The position numbers were made by a program, and so were the translations under genes. Below the pieces are notes generated by a model. It saw only the letters and a list, made by a program, of their open reading frames with translations, ran no database searches and had not been told where the DNA came from. Positions 1 through 8,956 of a stretch of 43,740 nt of DNA are shown here, one piece after another. This DNA is from Euryarchaeota archaeon UBA124 (GTDB lineage: Archaea; Thermoplasmatota; Poseidoniia; Poseidoniales; Poseidoniaceae): NCBI GenBank assembly GCA_002502215.1, contig DAPT01000073.1, positions 68,941-112,680 of the forward strand. Reading direction: 5' to 3'. Numbering within the stretch: the first letter of the stretch is position 1; each line of letters begins with the position of its first letter.

Positions 1-1815
1 TTCGATGCCTGAATTGTAATTTTGTTCCAATTCCTGTACGCGTTGATCGGATATGCCCAATGCTTTTGCTTGGATTTTCAGCATTTTTCGCTCGTCATCT
101 GTAATAATGAAGTCTTCCATCGCAACTTTGTAGGCTTCCATATAGATCTCTTCTCTGTTGATAGCGAGGACCTCGGATTCCGTAATCTGTGCTTGGAGTT
201 TGAACTCCTCGTATTGAATGATTCCGTCATCGTTCAAATCAATTGTATCAAACAATTCTTCCTGCGACTCTTGAGGTAATTTCGAAACCTCCGGGGCGTT
301 GGAAAATTCGTCCTTCGAAAGGACATCGTCTTTGTTCTGGTCCATCTGATTGAATGCTTGCAAAATTTCACGTTCGTCAATGGGCGCTTCCCCAGTGGTG
401 CTGAATATACTCATCATATTGATGCCGCTTTTGCCGTACTTTCGAGCCAAATCGTTGTTGTCGCCGCTCTTTTCCAGCATTTCATCGTACCATTGTTCAA
501 GGTAGGTTTTCCTATCCGCAGTAATTCCATATGACTTGGCTTGTAAATCAAGCATCATCCGTTCATTTTCTGTAATCGTTTGATCTTTCTTTGCCAAGAA
601 ATACATTTCGAGGTATCCCAATTCCTCTTTTGTGTGCGATTCAGGAATAAGTCGCGTTGAGACACCACCCAGTGTCGCAATGATGGGCTTGCGAAGCAGC
701 AGAAAAGTCATACCGATGAAGACTCCTCCAATCCAGCCCTGATTAAAAACGGACTCCATAAGTTCGGTACTGACCAAAAACAGGATGGCTCCAGACCCGG
801 CAAAGATAGTGGTTGTGAATGTCTTTCTCAGTTGCTCGTCGATGCCAAACATATCATTTTTCACCACTGCATAGGTGAAAATAACTCCTTCAAACAATGC
901 AGCAAGCACAACTGCTGTAGGCATTAATGGCGGTAGGAACAAGAGCGTATTTGACATTTCAAAGGTTGGATTAAATGGACTCACATTCAAGTTCGGGGCT
1001 GAACCCATGAGCGATATCATCCAAAAGAGAATCAGTGTCGTTGTGACTTGCATGACTGTTTTACCAAGGAAACCCAATCGAACCGCTCGGACTTCTCCTT
1101 TCAGATTTGTATCCTCAGCTTCATCGATTCGATCTCGTGAACGTGTTAACGCAATCGTTGCGATAATGGCGCCAATGAGAGGGATGAACAACAGGATTCT
1201 ACTCAACGGGCCGAGCACGACATTCGTGAATGTCATGGGATAGATCGGCTCGTACTCCTGAACGCACACGACATCGAATGGCAGTGGTTCACCGGAGACG
1301 GTGGAACCCGTGCCAGGACCTACACTTTCACAATAAATCCAACTGATGTCCCCAATCGATGTGTTTGTACCTCCCATGAAGTAGCTCACCGTTAAGATAA
1401 ATGTCAAGCAAAACACTGGCAAAATGTACAGTCCATGGAACTTGAAAAATCCAGATATTCTTTTTGCCCACTGCTTTTCACTGTAAAACGTAGCAGCGGC
1501 CATGTAGAGGAAGAACAACTGTAGGGACATTGTGTAGTACACAACCCGTCCAGGCCTCAATACACTCAACATCTCTTCAGGCCAAGCATAAACCCAGAAC
1601 AACATCGAGGTGAAACAACGCAATGCTTCTGTGACCAGCATCAAGGCCATGAATCGATTTTTTGCTTTTCCAGAATTCGCCTTCAGAATAAGGTAGGCAA
1701 GAAACAACAAAAAGATCCCGGACAAGATGCTGAAAAGAGCAAGCATGTGCCAATATCCGATGAAATGTCCGAGCGTACGAGAATAATATTCGAGAGGTGC
1801 GCCAACATCTCCCAT
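1..1815 (-). CDS. Multipass membrane protein with cytoplasmic EF-hand pair flanked by a duplicated TerB-like helical motif (3' end runs off the window)
   Basis: Not in the ORF track. Manual minus-strand translation from ATG at 1815 (MGDVGAPLEYYSRTLGHFIGYWHMLALFSILSGIFLLFLAYLILKANSGKAKNRFMALMLV...) stays open for 605 codons to base 1. About 8-9 hydrophobic segments, then EF-hand loops DQNKDDVLSKDE (342-307) and DLNDDGIIQYEE (240-205). TATA-like TAATATAT about 28 nt upstream. Confidence 0.9.
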   Translation of the reverse strand, partial: MGDVGAPLEYYSRTLGHFIGYWHMLALFSILSGIFLLFLAYLILKANSGKAKNRFMALMLVTEALRCFTSMLFWVYAWPEEMLSVLRPGRVVYYTMSLQLFFLYMAAATFYSEKQWAKRISGFFKFHGLYILPVFCLTFILTVSYFMGGTNTSIGDISWIYCESVGPGTGSTVSGEPLPFDVVCVQEYEPIYPMTFTNVVLGPLSRILLFIPLIGAIIATIALTRSRDRIDEAEDTNLKGEVRAVRLGFLGKTVMQVTTTLILFWMISLMGSAPNLNVSPFNPTFEMSNTLLFLPPLMPTAVVLAALFEGVIFTYAVVKNDMFGIDEQLRKTFTTTIFAGSGAILFLVSTELMESVFNQGWIGGVFIGMTFLLLRKPIIATLGGVSTRLIPESHTKEELGYLEMYFLAKKDQTITENERMMLDLQAKSYGITADRKTYLEQWYDEMLEKSGDNNDLARKYGKSGINMMSIFSTTGEAPIDEREILQAFNQMDQNKDDVLSKDEFSNAPEVSKLPQESQEELFDTIDLNDDGIIQYEEFKLQAQITESEVLAINREEIYMEAYKVAMEDFIITDDERKMLKIQAKALGISDQRVQELEQNYNSGIE

Positions 1816-1937
1816 GACCGATTCTTAATCTAAGGATATATTATTCTAGCGATTTCGCAGAGAAAATCTCGAGGCGGAAAGCAGAGTAGGACTATACCCA
1901 TAGATAGGCTCAATTACATAGGGGCAATCAAAGAATC

Positions 1938-2333
1938 ATGCGAGACTTGCGTTTTTCACTTGGTTTGTTCTTAATTGTCCTTTCTATACCATTCTTCTCA
2001 TTTTCTGGAGATTTGCGTCTCGAATGCATTCTGAACGACACCGGCAGCTGCGACGTTTACAAAAACATCCAAATCGGTTCCTTGGCAACAATGACAATTG
2101 GAATGCTTCTAGCTATCTTATCACGTCCTGGTGGAACCGGAATTAAAGCCATTGACGATTTTGATGAGGGTAAGGTGTTCGATACTTTTGATGACGCATT
2201 TGATGATGAGCCACCGAGCGATGCGAGGGGTGTACTGAAAGAGGGTTACGAGTGGTTGGAATATCCCGCCGGATCAGAGACATGGTACACACGACCCGAA
2301 ACAGGCGGGCCTTGGACAAAATATCAAGTGTGA
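1938..2333 (+). CDS. Small 2-TM membrane protein with acidic tail ending in a Trp-rich module
   Basis: Two hydrophobic segments around a CILNDTGSC loop; C-terminus GVLKEGYEWLEYPAGSETWYTRPETGGPWTKY is shared with 6509..7420. Confidence 0.8.
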   Translation: MRDLRFSLGLFLIVLSIPFFSFSGDLRLECILNDTGSCDVYKNIQIGSLATMTIGMLLAILSRPGGTGIKAIDDFDEGKVFDTFDDAFDDEPPSDARGVLKEGYEWLEYPAGSETWYTRPETGGPWTKYQV

Positions 2334-2400
2334 GAACCCAGTTTGGCAACCACCTCAGTTGATGTTTTGACCCATTGAAGTACAACGTGGTCGAGATACG

Positions 2401-2670
2401 CTAGTCCCCTAATCCCTCTTTGAGAGGTGATCGCTGACCACGTGTACCAATGGTCCAGCGCAATGTGTCAACAATGCCCTTAGCACGTTGGTACTTCATG
2501 AGGGCGCGATATTTTGCTTCTTTCGGACCCGTAGTTTTACGAAGTTCGAATTTTGCTTTTTGGGCGTTCATCTCATTGATGGCTGAAAAGAGGAGGTTTT
2601 CGATTTCCTCCCATGTTCGATTGTAACTCGGCTCGTCCATTCTCCACAACTGGCTATCAGCAATTCCCAT
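2401..2670 (-). CDS. Small helical hypothetical protein (89 aa)
   Basis: Part of ORF 2401..2793. Start moved to ATG 2670 (MGIADSQLWR) because GAGGGTGA, an SD-like motif, lies just upstream. Predicted helical hairpin. Confidence 0.75.
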   Translation of the reverse strand: MGIADSQLWRMDEPSYNRTWEEIENLLFSAINEMNAQKAKFELRKTTGPKEAKYRALMKYQRAKGIVDTLRWTIGTRGQRSPLKEGLGD

Positions 2671-2785
2671 GATTTCACCCTCGATATCCACAAATCGAAA
2701 CTTGTCTTGATAGTATACATAGAGTATATTGGGTATTCCTTGCACGAGAACAACCCTATTTACGCTACACGTCGGTTTTTGGAGC

Positions 2786-3646
2786 GTGAACACTACGACA
2801 GTTTACGAGCGAATGCTTGGTTCATCAACCGATGCATTCTTGCGACGTATGGCGATTAATTTCGCAATTTTGGGCTTCCTTTTGCACCTGTTGTTCTGCG
2901 TATTGTATGATCTAAGTTTTATTGAATCCTCAAATTTGGACTCCTTCATAGATTCTTATCTCGATGCACTTTACACTCCATTTTCCATTATCCTGGCCTA
3001 CGAAGTTTACGAATTGATACGGGCAATTCCTGAATCTTTCTCCAATTCGATTGGAAAACAATTCGAGGTTGTAACACTCCTTGTCGTTCGAGATATTTTC
3101 AAGAATCTTGCCGACATTGGGGACGCAGACAACGTCTCCATTGACGCTGATGTTGCATTCATCGCCATGGAGGCTGTGGCGTTCGTTATCCTGTTTGGGA
3201 CTGCGTTGTATTTTCGACACCAAACCTCTGTAGCGAAGAAACCCAGTCAACAAGGTGAATCGGTTCGGGCATTCGTGCAACAAAAGAAGCACCTTGCCAG
3301 TGGTTTGGCAGTCGTCTACATATTCGTGGCATTGTACTCTTTCACAACTTGGCTAACAGGTGTCGTTGACGGTGATACTGGGCTGAGTCGAACTGTCTTT
3401 TTCTCCGATTTCTTCACCTGGTTAATCGTCTCTGACATTGTCATACTGCTCGCATCCTATCGCCATATCACCGATTTCCCTCAACTTGCACGAAACACCG
3501 GATTTATTCTCTCCACAGTTATAATTCGCGTCGGAATCGGAATTCCAGGATACACAGGAGCGGCACTCTTTATCCTGTCAGCAGCACTTGCAGCATGTGT
3601 TCTCCGGCTTAGTCTTCATGACAATCCAACAGATGAATCTGAATGA
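2786..3646 (+). CDS. Polytopic membrane protein, possibly two PsiE-like halves
   Basis: About 7-8 hydrophobic segments. Start uncertain (GTG 2786 or ATG 2812-region). The halves YEVYELI...LLVVRDIF and SDIVILL...TVIIRVGI look related. Confidence 0.75.
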   Translation: MNTTTVYERMLGSSTDAFLRRMAINFAILGFLLHLLFCVLYDLSFIESSNLDSFIDSYLDALYTPFSIILAYEVYELIRAIPESFSNSIGKQFEVVTLLVVRDIFKNLADIGDADNVSIDADVAFIAMEAVAFVILFGTALYFRHQTSVAKKPSQQGESVRAFVQQKKHLASGLAVVYIFVALYSFTTWLTGVVDGDTGLSRTVFFSDFFTWLIVSDIVILLASYRHITDFPQLARNTGFILSTVIIRVGIGIPGYTGAALFILSAALAACVLRLSLHDNPTDESE

Positions 3647-3724
3647 AGGTCGGAACGGACGAAGGCCAAACAGTGCTGCACCGCTTTGGCAAGATATGAT
3701 ATGTGTGAAAATTCAGGATGGTTC

Positions 3725-6454
3725 ATGCTGAGGAGACAGGTCATCGTCCTAACCATTTTGTTGCTTCTCTTTTCGATTCCGTCGTATGCTTCGGAAGCAA
3801 AAGAAACAGAGATTGTGGAGCAATTCGGTGTTGGCTTTGATGAAGTTACCATTGCTGACTCATCGGATTACCTCAACGATCCTCGAGACTTGGAATTTCA
3901 TCCAGGTCGTGCAAATGAATTGTGGATAGCAAATCGAGCGACAGACACAATAACCATTGTTGAGAACACTGGGCTAGAAAACCAAACTTCGCAGAACCGA
4001 GCCGATTCAAACAGGAATCACTTCTTGGAAGAGGTGAGTGCAATTTCATTCGGCGCCTATCACCCTGAATTTGACTATCAATGGGGTTCAGCACAGGAAT
4101 CAAGGAATACCTACAACGGCCAAGGAAATCCAAATAATTTCATGGGGCCGGCGTTGTGGCCTTCGTCCTTGAACCACTTTGCCATTGAAAACCAAAACAC
4201 TGGCAACGGCTTGCTTGGTAGTCACATCGATATGCTCCACGAGTCACCGTACGGTGTTGGAATCGCTCATGACTATGACAACGTTTACTGGTACAACGAT
4301 GGGTATTACGGTGAACTTGTTCGTTATGACTTCCAAGAAGATCATGATACTGGTGAGCACGATCACTCAGACGGTGTCGTTCGTAGATACTCCGACGTTC
4401 AACTTACGCATTCCTATGGAACACCGAGCCACATGGTCATGGACAAATCAAACGGAATCCTCTACATCGCAGATGCTGGCGCAAATCGCGTCGTTTGGGT
4501 CAATACAGACGACCCAACGACCACATCAACCAACATCATGGACGATGCGTCACGACTTGAGCCGTTGGCTGAATATTCTCGTATAGGTGGTGTGGAATGG
4601 GGAATCTTAGCAACTGGCCTAAACCTACCTTCTGGTATTGCGCTTGCTGATGGACAACTCTTTGTCTCGGAAAATGGGAACGGCAAAATCGTTGCATACG
4701 AACTTGCTTCCAATGGAAAAAGCGCTGTTCAACTCGACAAAATTCAAACAACTGCTACCTCAATTATGGGGTTAGAAGTCGGACCAAACGGGCACCTTTA
4801 CTACGTTGATAACGGTCAAGATAAGGCTGTACGAATCGATCCATACACCGATGAAGACGGCGATGGTGTTGGGGATGAAGTTGACAATTGTCCAAGCATC
4901 GCAAATCCACTTCAAGCCAACTATGACAACGATTCGATGGGCGATGTCTGTGATGCTGATGATGACAATGATTCGATCGTCGATGTGAACGATCAATGCG
5001 CTCAAGGGCAGCTTGCTTGGACATCATCACTCTCAAATGACCATGATGGAGATGGGTGTTTCGATGCTACAGAAGATTTGGATGATGATAACGACGGTAT
5101 CAGCGATGGCTCAGATCTTTGCCCGATTGGTGACTTAGGGTGGACGTCCTCACTCTCAACCGACTACGATGGTGACGGCTGTCAAGACTCTATGGAAGAT
5201 GTTGATGATGACAATGACCGTATTTGCGATGCAAATGAGCTAAGCAGTTCTTGGGCTTGTGCACCATCGACAGCGAGTCTGGATTTGTGTCCACAAAGCT
5301 CTCTTGGCTTCTTCTCAAACAATCAAAACGATGTCGATGGAGACGGGTGCGAGGATGCGACTGAAGACATGGACGATGACAACGATGGATTCACCGATGA
5401 TGTTGATGATTGTCCAATGAGTTCTGGGTCAAGTTCCATGGGATCTCAACTTGGGTGTAGTGATTACGATTCGGACGGGTACAGTGATTCCATCGATGTG
5501 TTCCCAGCAGAGTCAACACAATGGATAGATTCAGATAACGATGGTTTTGGAGACAATCTTGACGGATTCGAAGGTGATGCTTGCACGGATGTTGCAGGCG
5601 ATTCAACCGAAGACTCGTTCGGTTGCCCAGATGCGGATGGAGATGGTTGGTCGGACCTCAACGATGCCTTCCCGAATGAAGACTCGCAACATTCCGATGA
5701 AGATGGTGACGGCTTTGGAGACGCTGTTGATGGATATCAAGGAGATGACTGCCTCGGTGTTCCAGGTACATCAACAGAGGACTTTTTTGGGTGTGAGGAT
5801 TCCGACGCTGATGGATGGTCGGATCTGAACGATGACTTACCCCAAGAACCAACGCAGCACAGTGACGCAGATGGTGACGGCTACGGTGATAATCCGCAAG
5901 GAGTAACACCAGACAGTTGCTCAGAAATTTACGGTCTTTCTTCAGTCGATCGATATGGCTGTCCTGATACGGATGGAGACGGGTGGGAAGACCGTTCCGA
6001 CGCATACGTCAACGATGCTCGATTCTGGTCGGATATGGATGGAGATGGATACGCTGACCAACAGGGGACAAACCTCTCTGATGATTGTCCAGAAACGTTT
6101 GGTACATCTGTAGAGGACTTCGTTGGATGTTTGGATTCCGATGGTGATGGATGGTCGGACCAAACCGATGCTTATCCAAACGATTCTTCAAAGCATCTTG
6201 CTTCAAATCAGTCTGCTGAGGGTGATAGCTTCACACTCATTGGTCTTGGAATTGGACTCCTTGTTCTTGTACTGCTCATGGTAGGAATCCTGCGAAAGAA
6301 GACCGCAGTGGAGCAAGAGTTTGGTTTCACAGCACCACCAATTCCTCAACCACTTCCAAGCGGGCCGCCTCTTCCTCCTGAGGGATTACCAGCCGGATGG
6401 ACCATGGAGCAGTGGGCGTATTACGGTGAGGATTATCTCAAACGTGGCGAATGA
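3725..6454 (+). CDS. Membrane-anchored surface protein: beta-propeller-like N-terminal domain plus thrombospondin type 3 (DxDxDG) Ca-binding repeats
   Basis: Signal peptide MLRRQVIVLTILLLLFSIPSYA; propeller-like strands (PRDLEFHP, PYGVGIAHD, PSGIALAD); many DxDxDG/DxCP repeats; C-terminal TM followed by GPPLPPEGLPAGWTMEQWAYYG. Confidence 0.9.
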   Translation: MLRRQVIVLTILLLLFSIPSYASEAKETEIVEQFGVGFDEVTIADSSDYLNDPRDLEFHPGRANELWIANRATDTITIVENTGLENQTSQNRADSNRNHFLEEVSAISFGAYHPEFDYQWGSAQESRNTYNGQGNPNNFMGPALWPSSLNHFAIENQNTGNGLLGSHIDMLHESPYGVGIAHDYDNVYWYNDGYYGELVRYDFQEDHDTGEHDHSDGVVRRYSDVQLTHSYGTPSHMVMDKSNGILYIADAGANRVVWVNTDDPTTTSTNIMDDASRLEPLAEYSRIGGVEWGILATGLNLPSGIALADGQLFVSENGNGKIVAYELASNGKSAVQLDKIQTTATSIMGLEVGPNGHLYYVDNGQDKAVRIDPYTDEDGDGVGDEVDNCPSIANPLQANYDNDSMGDVCDADDDNDSIVDVNDQCAQGQLAWTSSLSNDHDGDGCFDATEDLDDDNDGISDGSDLCPIGDLGWTSSLSTDYDGDGCQDSMEDVDDDNDRICDANELSSSWACAPSTASLDLCPQSSLGFFSNNQNDVDGDGCEDATEDMDDDNDGFTDDVDDCPMSSGSSSMGSQLGCSDYDSDGYSDSIDVFPAESTQWIDSDNDGFGDNLDGFEGDACTDVAGDSTEDSFGCPDADGDGWSDLNDAFPNEDSQHSDEDGDGFGDAVDGYQGDDCLGVPGTSTEDFFGCEDSDADGWSDLNDDLPQEPTQHSDADGDGYGDNPQGVTPDSCSEIYGLSSVDRYGCPDTDGDGWEDRSDAYVNDARFWSDMDGDGYADQQGTNLSDDCPETFGTSVEDFVGCLDSDGDGWSDQTDAYPNDSSKHLASNQSAEGDSFTLIGLGIGLLVLVLLMVGILRKKTAVEQEFGFTAPPIPQPLPSGPPLPPEGLPAGWTMEQWAYYGEDYLKRGE
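4850..6185 (+). repeat. Thrombospondin type 3-like protein-level repeat tract
   Basis: Recurrent DxDxDGxxDxxD(x)CP / DAFP units, e.g. DEDGDGVGDEVDNCP and DADGDGWSDLNDAFP. Degenerate at the DNA level. Confidence 0.85.
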
Positions 6455-6508
6455 TCTGTAACATTACCGAACGCAAAAGGTATCAAGCCGACATGTCCAG
6501 GGTAACTT

Positions 6509-7420
6509 GTGGAAACTGTCAATCTTCAAGCATTTCTTCTAGGGGTGATTTTTCTCTCAGTAGGGGGTTACCTTGCTTTTGATATGCAAGACGACATCAC
6601 ATGGATGACGTATTCTTCTGATGATACCGAGGAATATTTTGACGGTGATTTTTGGTGGACAGTGGAAGTTACGAATAAGAACGATTATGGTTTACAGGAA
6701 GGGATGATTTCAGCGAATGGGCAAATGTGTGATGACCGTGATTGTTTTCCAATTGAAGGGAATTTAGAATTTGAAATATTGGATCACCCCGTTTTGCTGG
6801 AAGAGCGAGGTGGACCCGTGGACTGTGATACTGCAAAAGAAGACAATGACATCTCAATTTGTGAAATTGACTCAGCAGGCTCAATTGCAGATGCAATTAT
6901 TTCTACAGGACTTGGGTTTCTTGGATTAACCATCCTACTTTCTGTTGTGGGCGTTTTTGGTTACATACCAGGTGGTGTGCTCAAACTACTCAGTTGGGTT
7001 TCATCCGTGATTCTCTTTACTGGACCGATTGTCTGGTATGTATTGATGCCTGATATGAACGCAGACATAAGCGCTGCTGAGGAAAGGTACAAGTTATCCA
7101 AAGGGTTGTATCTAACACTCCTCAGCTCCCCGTTAATCTTTGTTGGAGGCCGACTCACTGGGGGAATGGAGGCCTTTGCTTACGAAGAAGAGGATGACTG
7201 GGATGAAGAAGACGATTACTTCATGGACGATGAAGAATATTCACAGTTTTCAGATGCCTCATCCAAAGCAATTAGCAAACTTCCTGCGAGGAAAGTCATG
7301 GTGGATACCAATCTACAAGGCGTCCTTGATGAGGAAGGCTATGAATGGCTGGAGCATCCAGAAGAAAGTGGCGATTGGTTCTGGCGTGATCAAGAAACAG
7401 GTGAATGGGTTCGTTATTGA
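6509..7420 (+). CDS. Tetraspan (claudin/PMP22-like) membrane protein with acidic tail and Trp-rich module
   Basis: GTG start; four hydrophobic segments; first loop has W...YGL...C-x4-C plus a second Cys pair; TM4 YKLSKGLYLTLLSSPLIFVGG; tail GVLDEEGYEWLEHPEESGDWFWRDQETGEWVRY. Confidence 0.8.
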   Translation: METVNLQAFLLGVIFLSVGGYLAFDMQDDITWMTYSSDDTEEYFDGDFWWTVEVTNKNDYGLQEGMISANGQMCDDRDCFPIEGNLEFEILDHPVLLEERGGPVDCDTAKEDNDISICEIDSAGSIADAIISTGLGFLGLTILLSVVGVFGYIPGGVLKLLSWVSSVILFTGPIVWYVLMPDMNADISAAEERYKLSKGLYLTLLSSPLIFVGGRLTGGMEAFAYEEEDDWDEEDDYFMDDEEYSQFSDASSKAISKLPARKVMVDTNLQGVLDEEGYEWLEHPEESGDWFWRDQETGEWVRY

Positions 7421-7464
7421 GACATTCACAATTGCTCAAATACTGTGTTTGAATAGGATGCAAC

Positions 7465-7863
7465 ATGAGTAAAAAGTTCTTCATCAAAATTGTAACAAAC
7501 CCAGACGTTGACCAACGCAAGTGCGTTGTCGGCATAGCCTGTGCTGCGCAAGCGATCAGGGACGGTCATGAGGTTGACGTGTTCTTTGCAGCAGACGGTG
7601 TCAAAATGCTCCATTCTGCATACATTGAATCCGTAAATGAGAAAGGATCGATTCCGGACGGTATGATTTACGATATGATGAATACCATCACTTCAGGAGC
7701 CTCCAAGGTTTACTGTTCAACAGGTTCGCAAGCAGCGAACGGTGTCACGAAAGAGAATGCTGATGAAATGCTCCTCGAGGGTTACTCGGATTGGATGACA
7801 TGGAGTGGCCCCCCTGGCGTCATCGAATTAAGTGCTGCTTCGGATGTTCAATTGGTCTATTGA
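7465..7863 (+). CDS. DsrE/DsrF-like family protein
   Basis: Size 132 aa; motif AxxAxxxGHEVDVFFAADGV; C-terminal ASDVQLVY typical of the DsrE fold. Confidence 0.8.
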   Translation: MSKKFFIKIVTNPDVDQRKCVVGIACAAQAIRDGHEVDVFFAADGVKMLHSAYIESVNEKGSIPDGMIYDMMNTITSGASKVYCSTGSQAANGVTKENADEMLLEGYSDWMTWSGPPGVIELSAASDVQLVY

Positions 7864-7865
7864 TG

Positions 7866-8171
7866 CTAAGATTGTCTGAGTGAAAGCAATTCACTTGGAA
7901 TTCTGTACGTGTAGTTAAACCCCTCTCCAATGAGGGTTAACTCTTCAAGTCGTTCATCGAATTTAACACGTTGAAAAGTTGAATCAAGGTTATGCAGTGG
8001 CATGTTTGCTGCCATTTTACCATCTCTCGACAACTTGATTCCAGTGGGTACATGCGGTTCAATTGACGAATACGAGAGGATATCTTTAGAAGTCTCTATG
8101 CTTCCTAACCCATCAAACATTTTTTCGAAATGCGTCCGAATTTCATTCCATTGGTCAACATCGAAGTTCAT
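7866..8171 (-). CDS. Hypothetical protein (101 aa)
   Basis: Part of ORF 7866..8288. The start at 8171 (MNFDVDQW) avoids overlap with gpmA and has TTTATG about 28 nt upstream. Confidence 0.7.
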   Translation of the reverse strand: MNFDVDQWNEIRTHFEKMFDGLGSIETSKDILSYSSIEPHVPTGIKLSRDGKMAANMPLHNLDSTFQRVKFDERLEELTLIGEGFNYTYRIPSELLSLRQS

Positions 8172-8251
8172 GGAGGTTCTCTGTTTCTTTTTCCATAAAG
8201 TTGTTCCTTTGTTGTCGTAGCCTTGATGCACCACCAGCGTATCGGGTGAAC

Positions 8252-8956
8252 ATGGCGTCATTGATTCTGATGCGGCATGGGCAGTCAATGTGGAATGCTG
8301 CGAACCTGTTTACGGGTTGGGTTGATGTTCCTTTGACGCAGGTGGGGATCGATGAAGCACTTGCTGGTGGTCAGAAACTCGCTGATGTACAAATCGATGA
8401 GGTTCACACCTCCACACTCATTCGAGCGCAAATGACAGCAATGCTGGCGTTGAGTCAACACAACAGCGGAAAGACGCCTGTTTTCCAGTATTCAGATTCT
8501 GGCGAAGTGATGAGTGATGATGAGCGAAAAATGGTTGAATGGTCGCAAATGAATGCAGGTTCGGATGTCTCAAACATTCTCCCTGTGTATGTTTCGTGGC
8601 AGTTGAATGAACGCATGTACGGTGACCTTCAAGGCATGAACAAACAAGCGACTCGGGAAAAGTTCGGTGATGAGCAGGTCAAAATTTGGCGTCGTTCCTA
8701 CGACACACCTCCTCCTAACGGAGAGAGCCTTGAATTAACTGCTGCTCGAACGATTCCCTACCTTCAATCAACCTTACTTCCAGCATTTGATGAAGGAAAA
8801 AACCTCTTCATTGCAGCACATGGAAATTCTCTACGAAGCATTATTATGCATCTTGAGGGATTGAGCAAAGAAGAAGTTCTTGCATTGGAAGTTCCCACCG
8901 GCGTCCCGATGATCTATGAATTGCAAGACGAACAATGGATTCGAACGATGGGGTGA
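8252..8956 (+). CDS. gpmA: 2,3-bisphosphoglycerate-dependent phosphoglycerate mutase
   Basis: LILMRHGQSMWNAANLFTGWVDVPLT, LNERMYGDLQG, WRRSYD, PPNGESL, AAHGNSLR; GGTGA SD before ATG 8252. Confidence 0.95.
   Translation: MASLILMRHGQSMWNAANLFTGWVDVPLTQVGIDEALAGGQKLADVQIDEVHTSTLIRAQMTAMLALSQHNSGKTPVFQYSDSGEVMSDDERKMVEWSQMNAGSDVSNILPVYVSWQLNERMYGDLQGMNKQATREKFGDEQVKIWRRSYDTPPPNGESLELTAARTIPYLQSTLLPAFDEGKNLFIAAHGNSLRSIIMHLEGLSKEEVLALEVPTGVPMIYELQDEQWIRTMG

Noticed and set aside
22-1243. Plus-strand ORFs 22..279 and 875..1243
   Set aside because: Antisense shadows of the long minus-strand membrane/EF-hand gene.
4850-6185. Repetitive GATGG/GACGG-rich DNA as a possible CRISPR or tandem repeat
   Set aside because: Repeats are degenerate, in frame and explained by DxDxDG protein motifs; no constant repeat-spacer structure and no cas genes.
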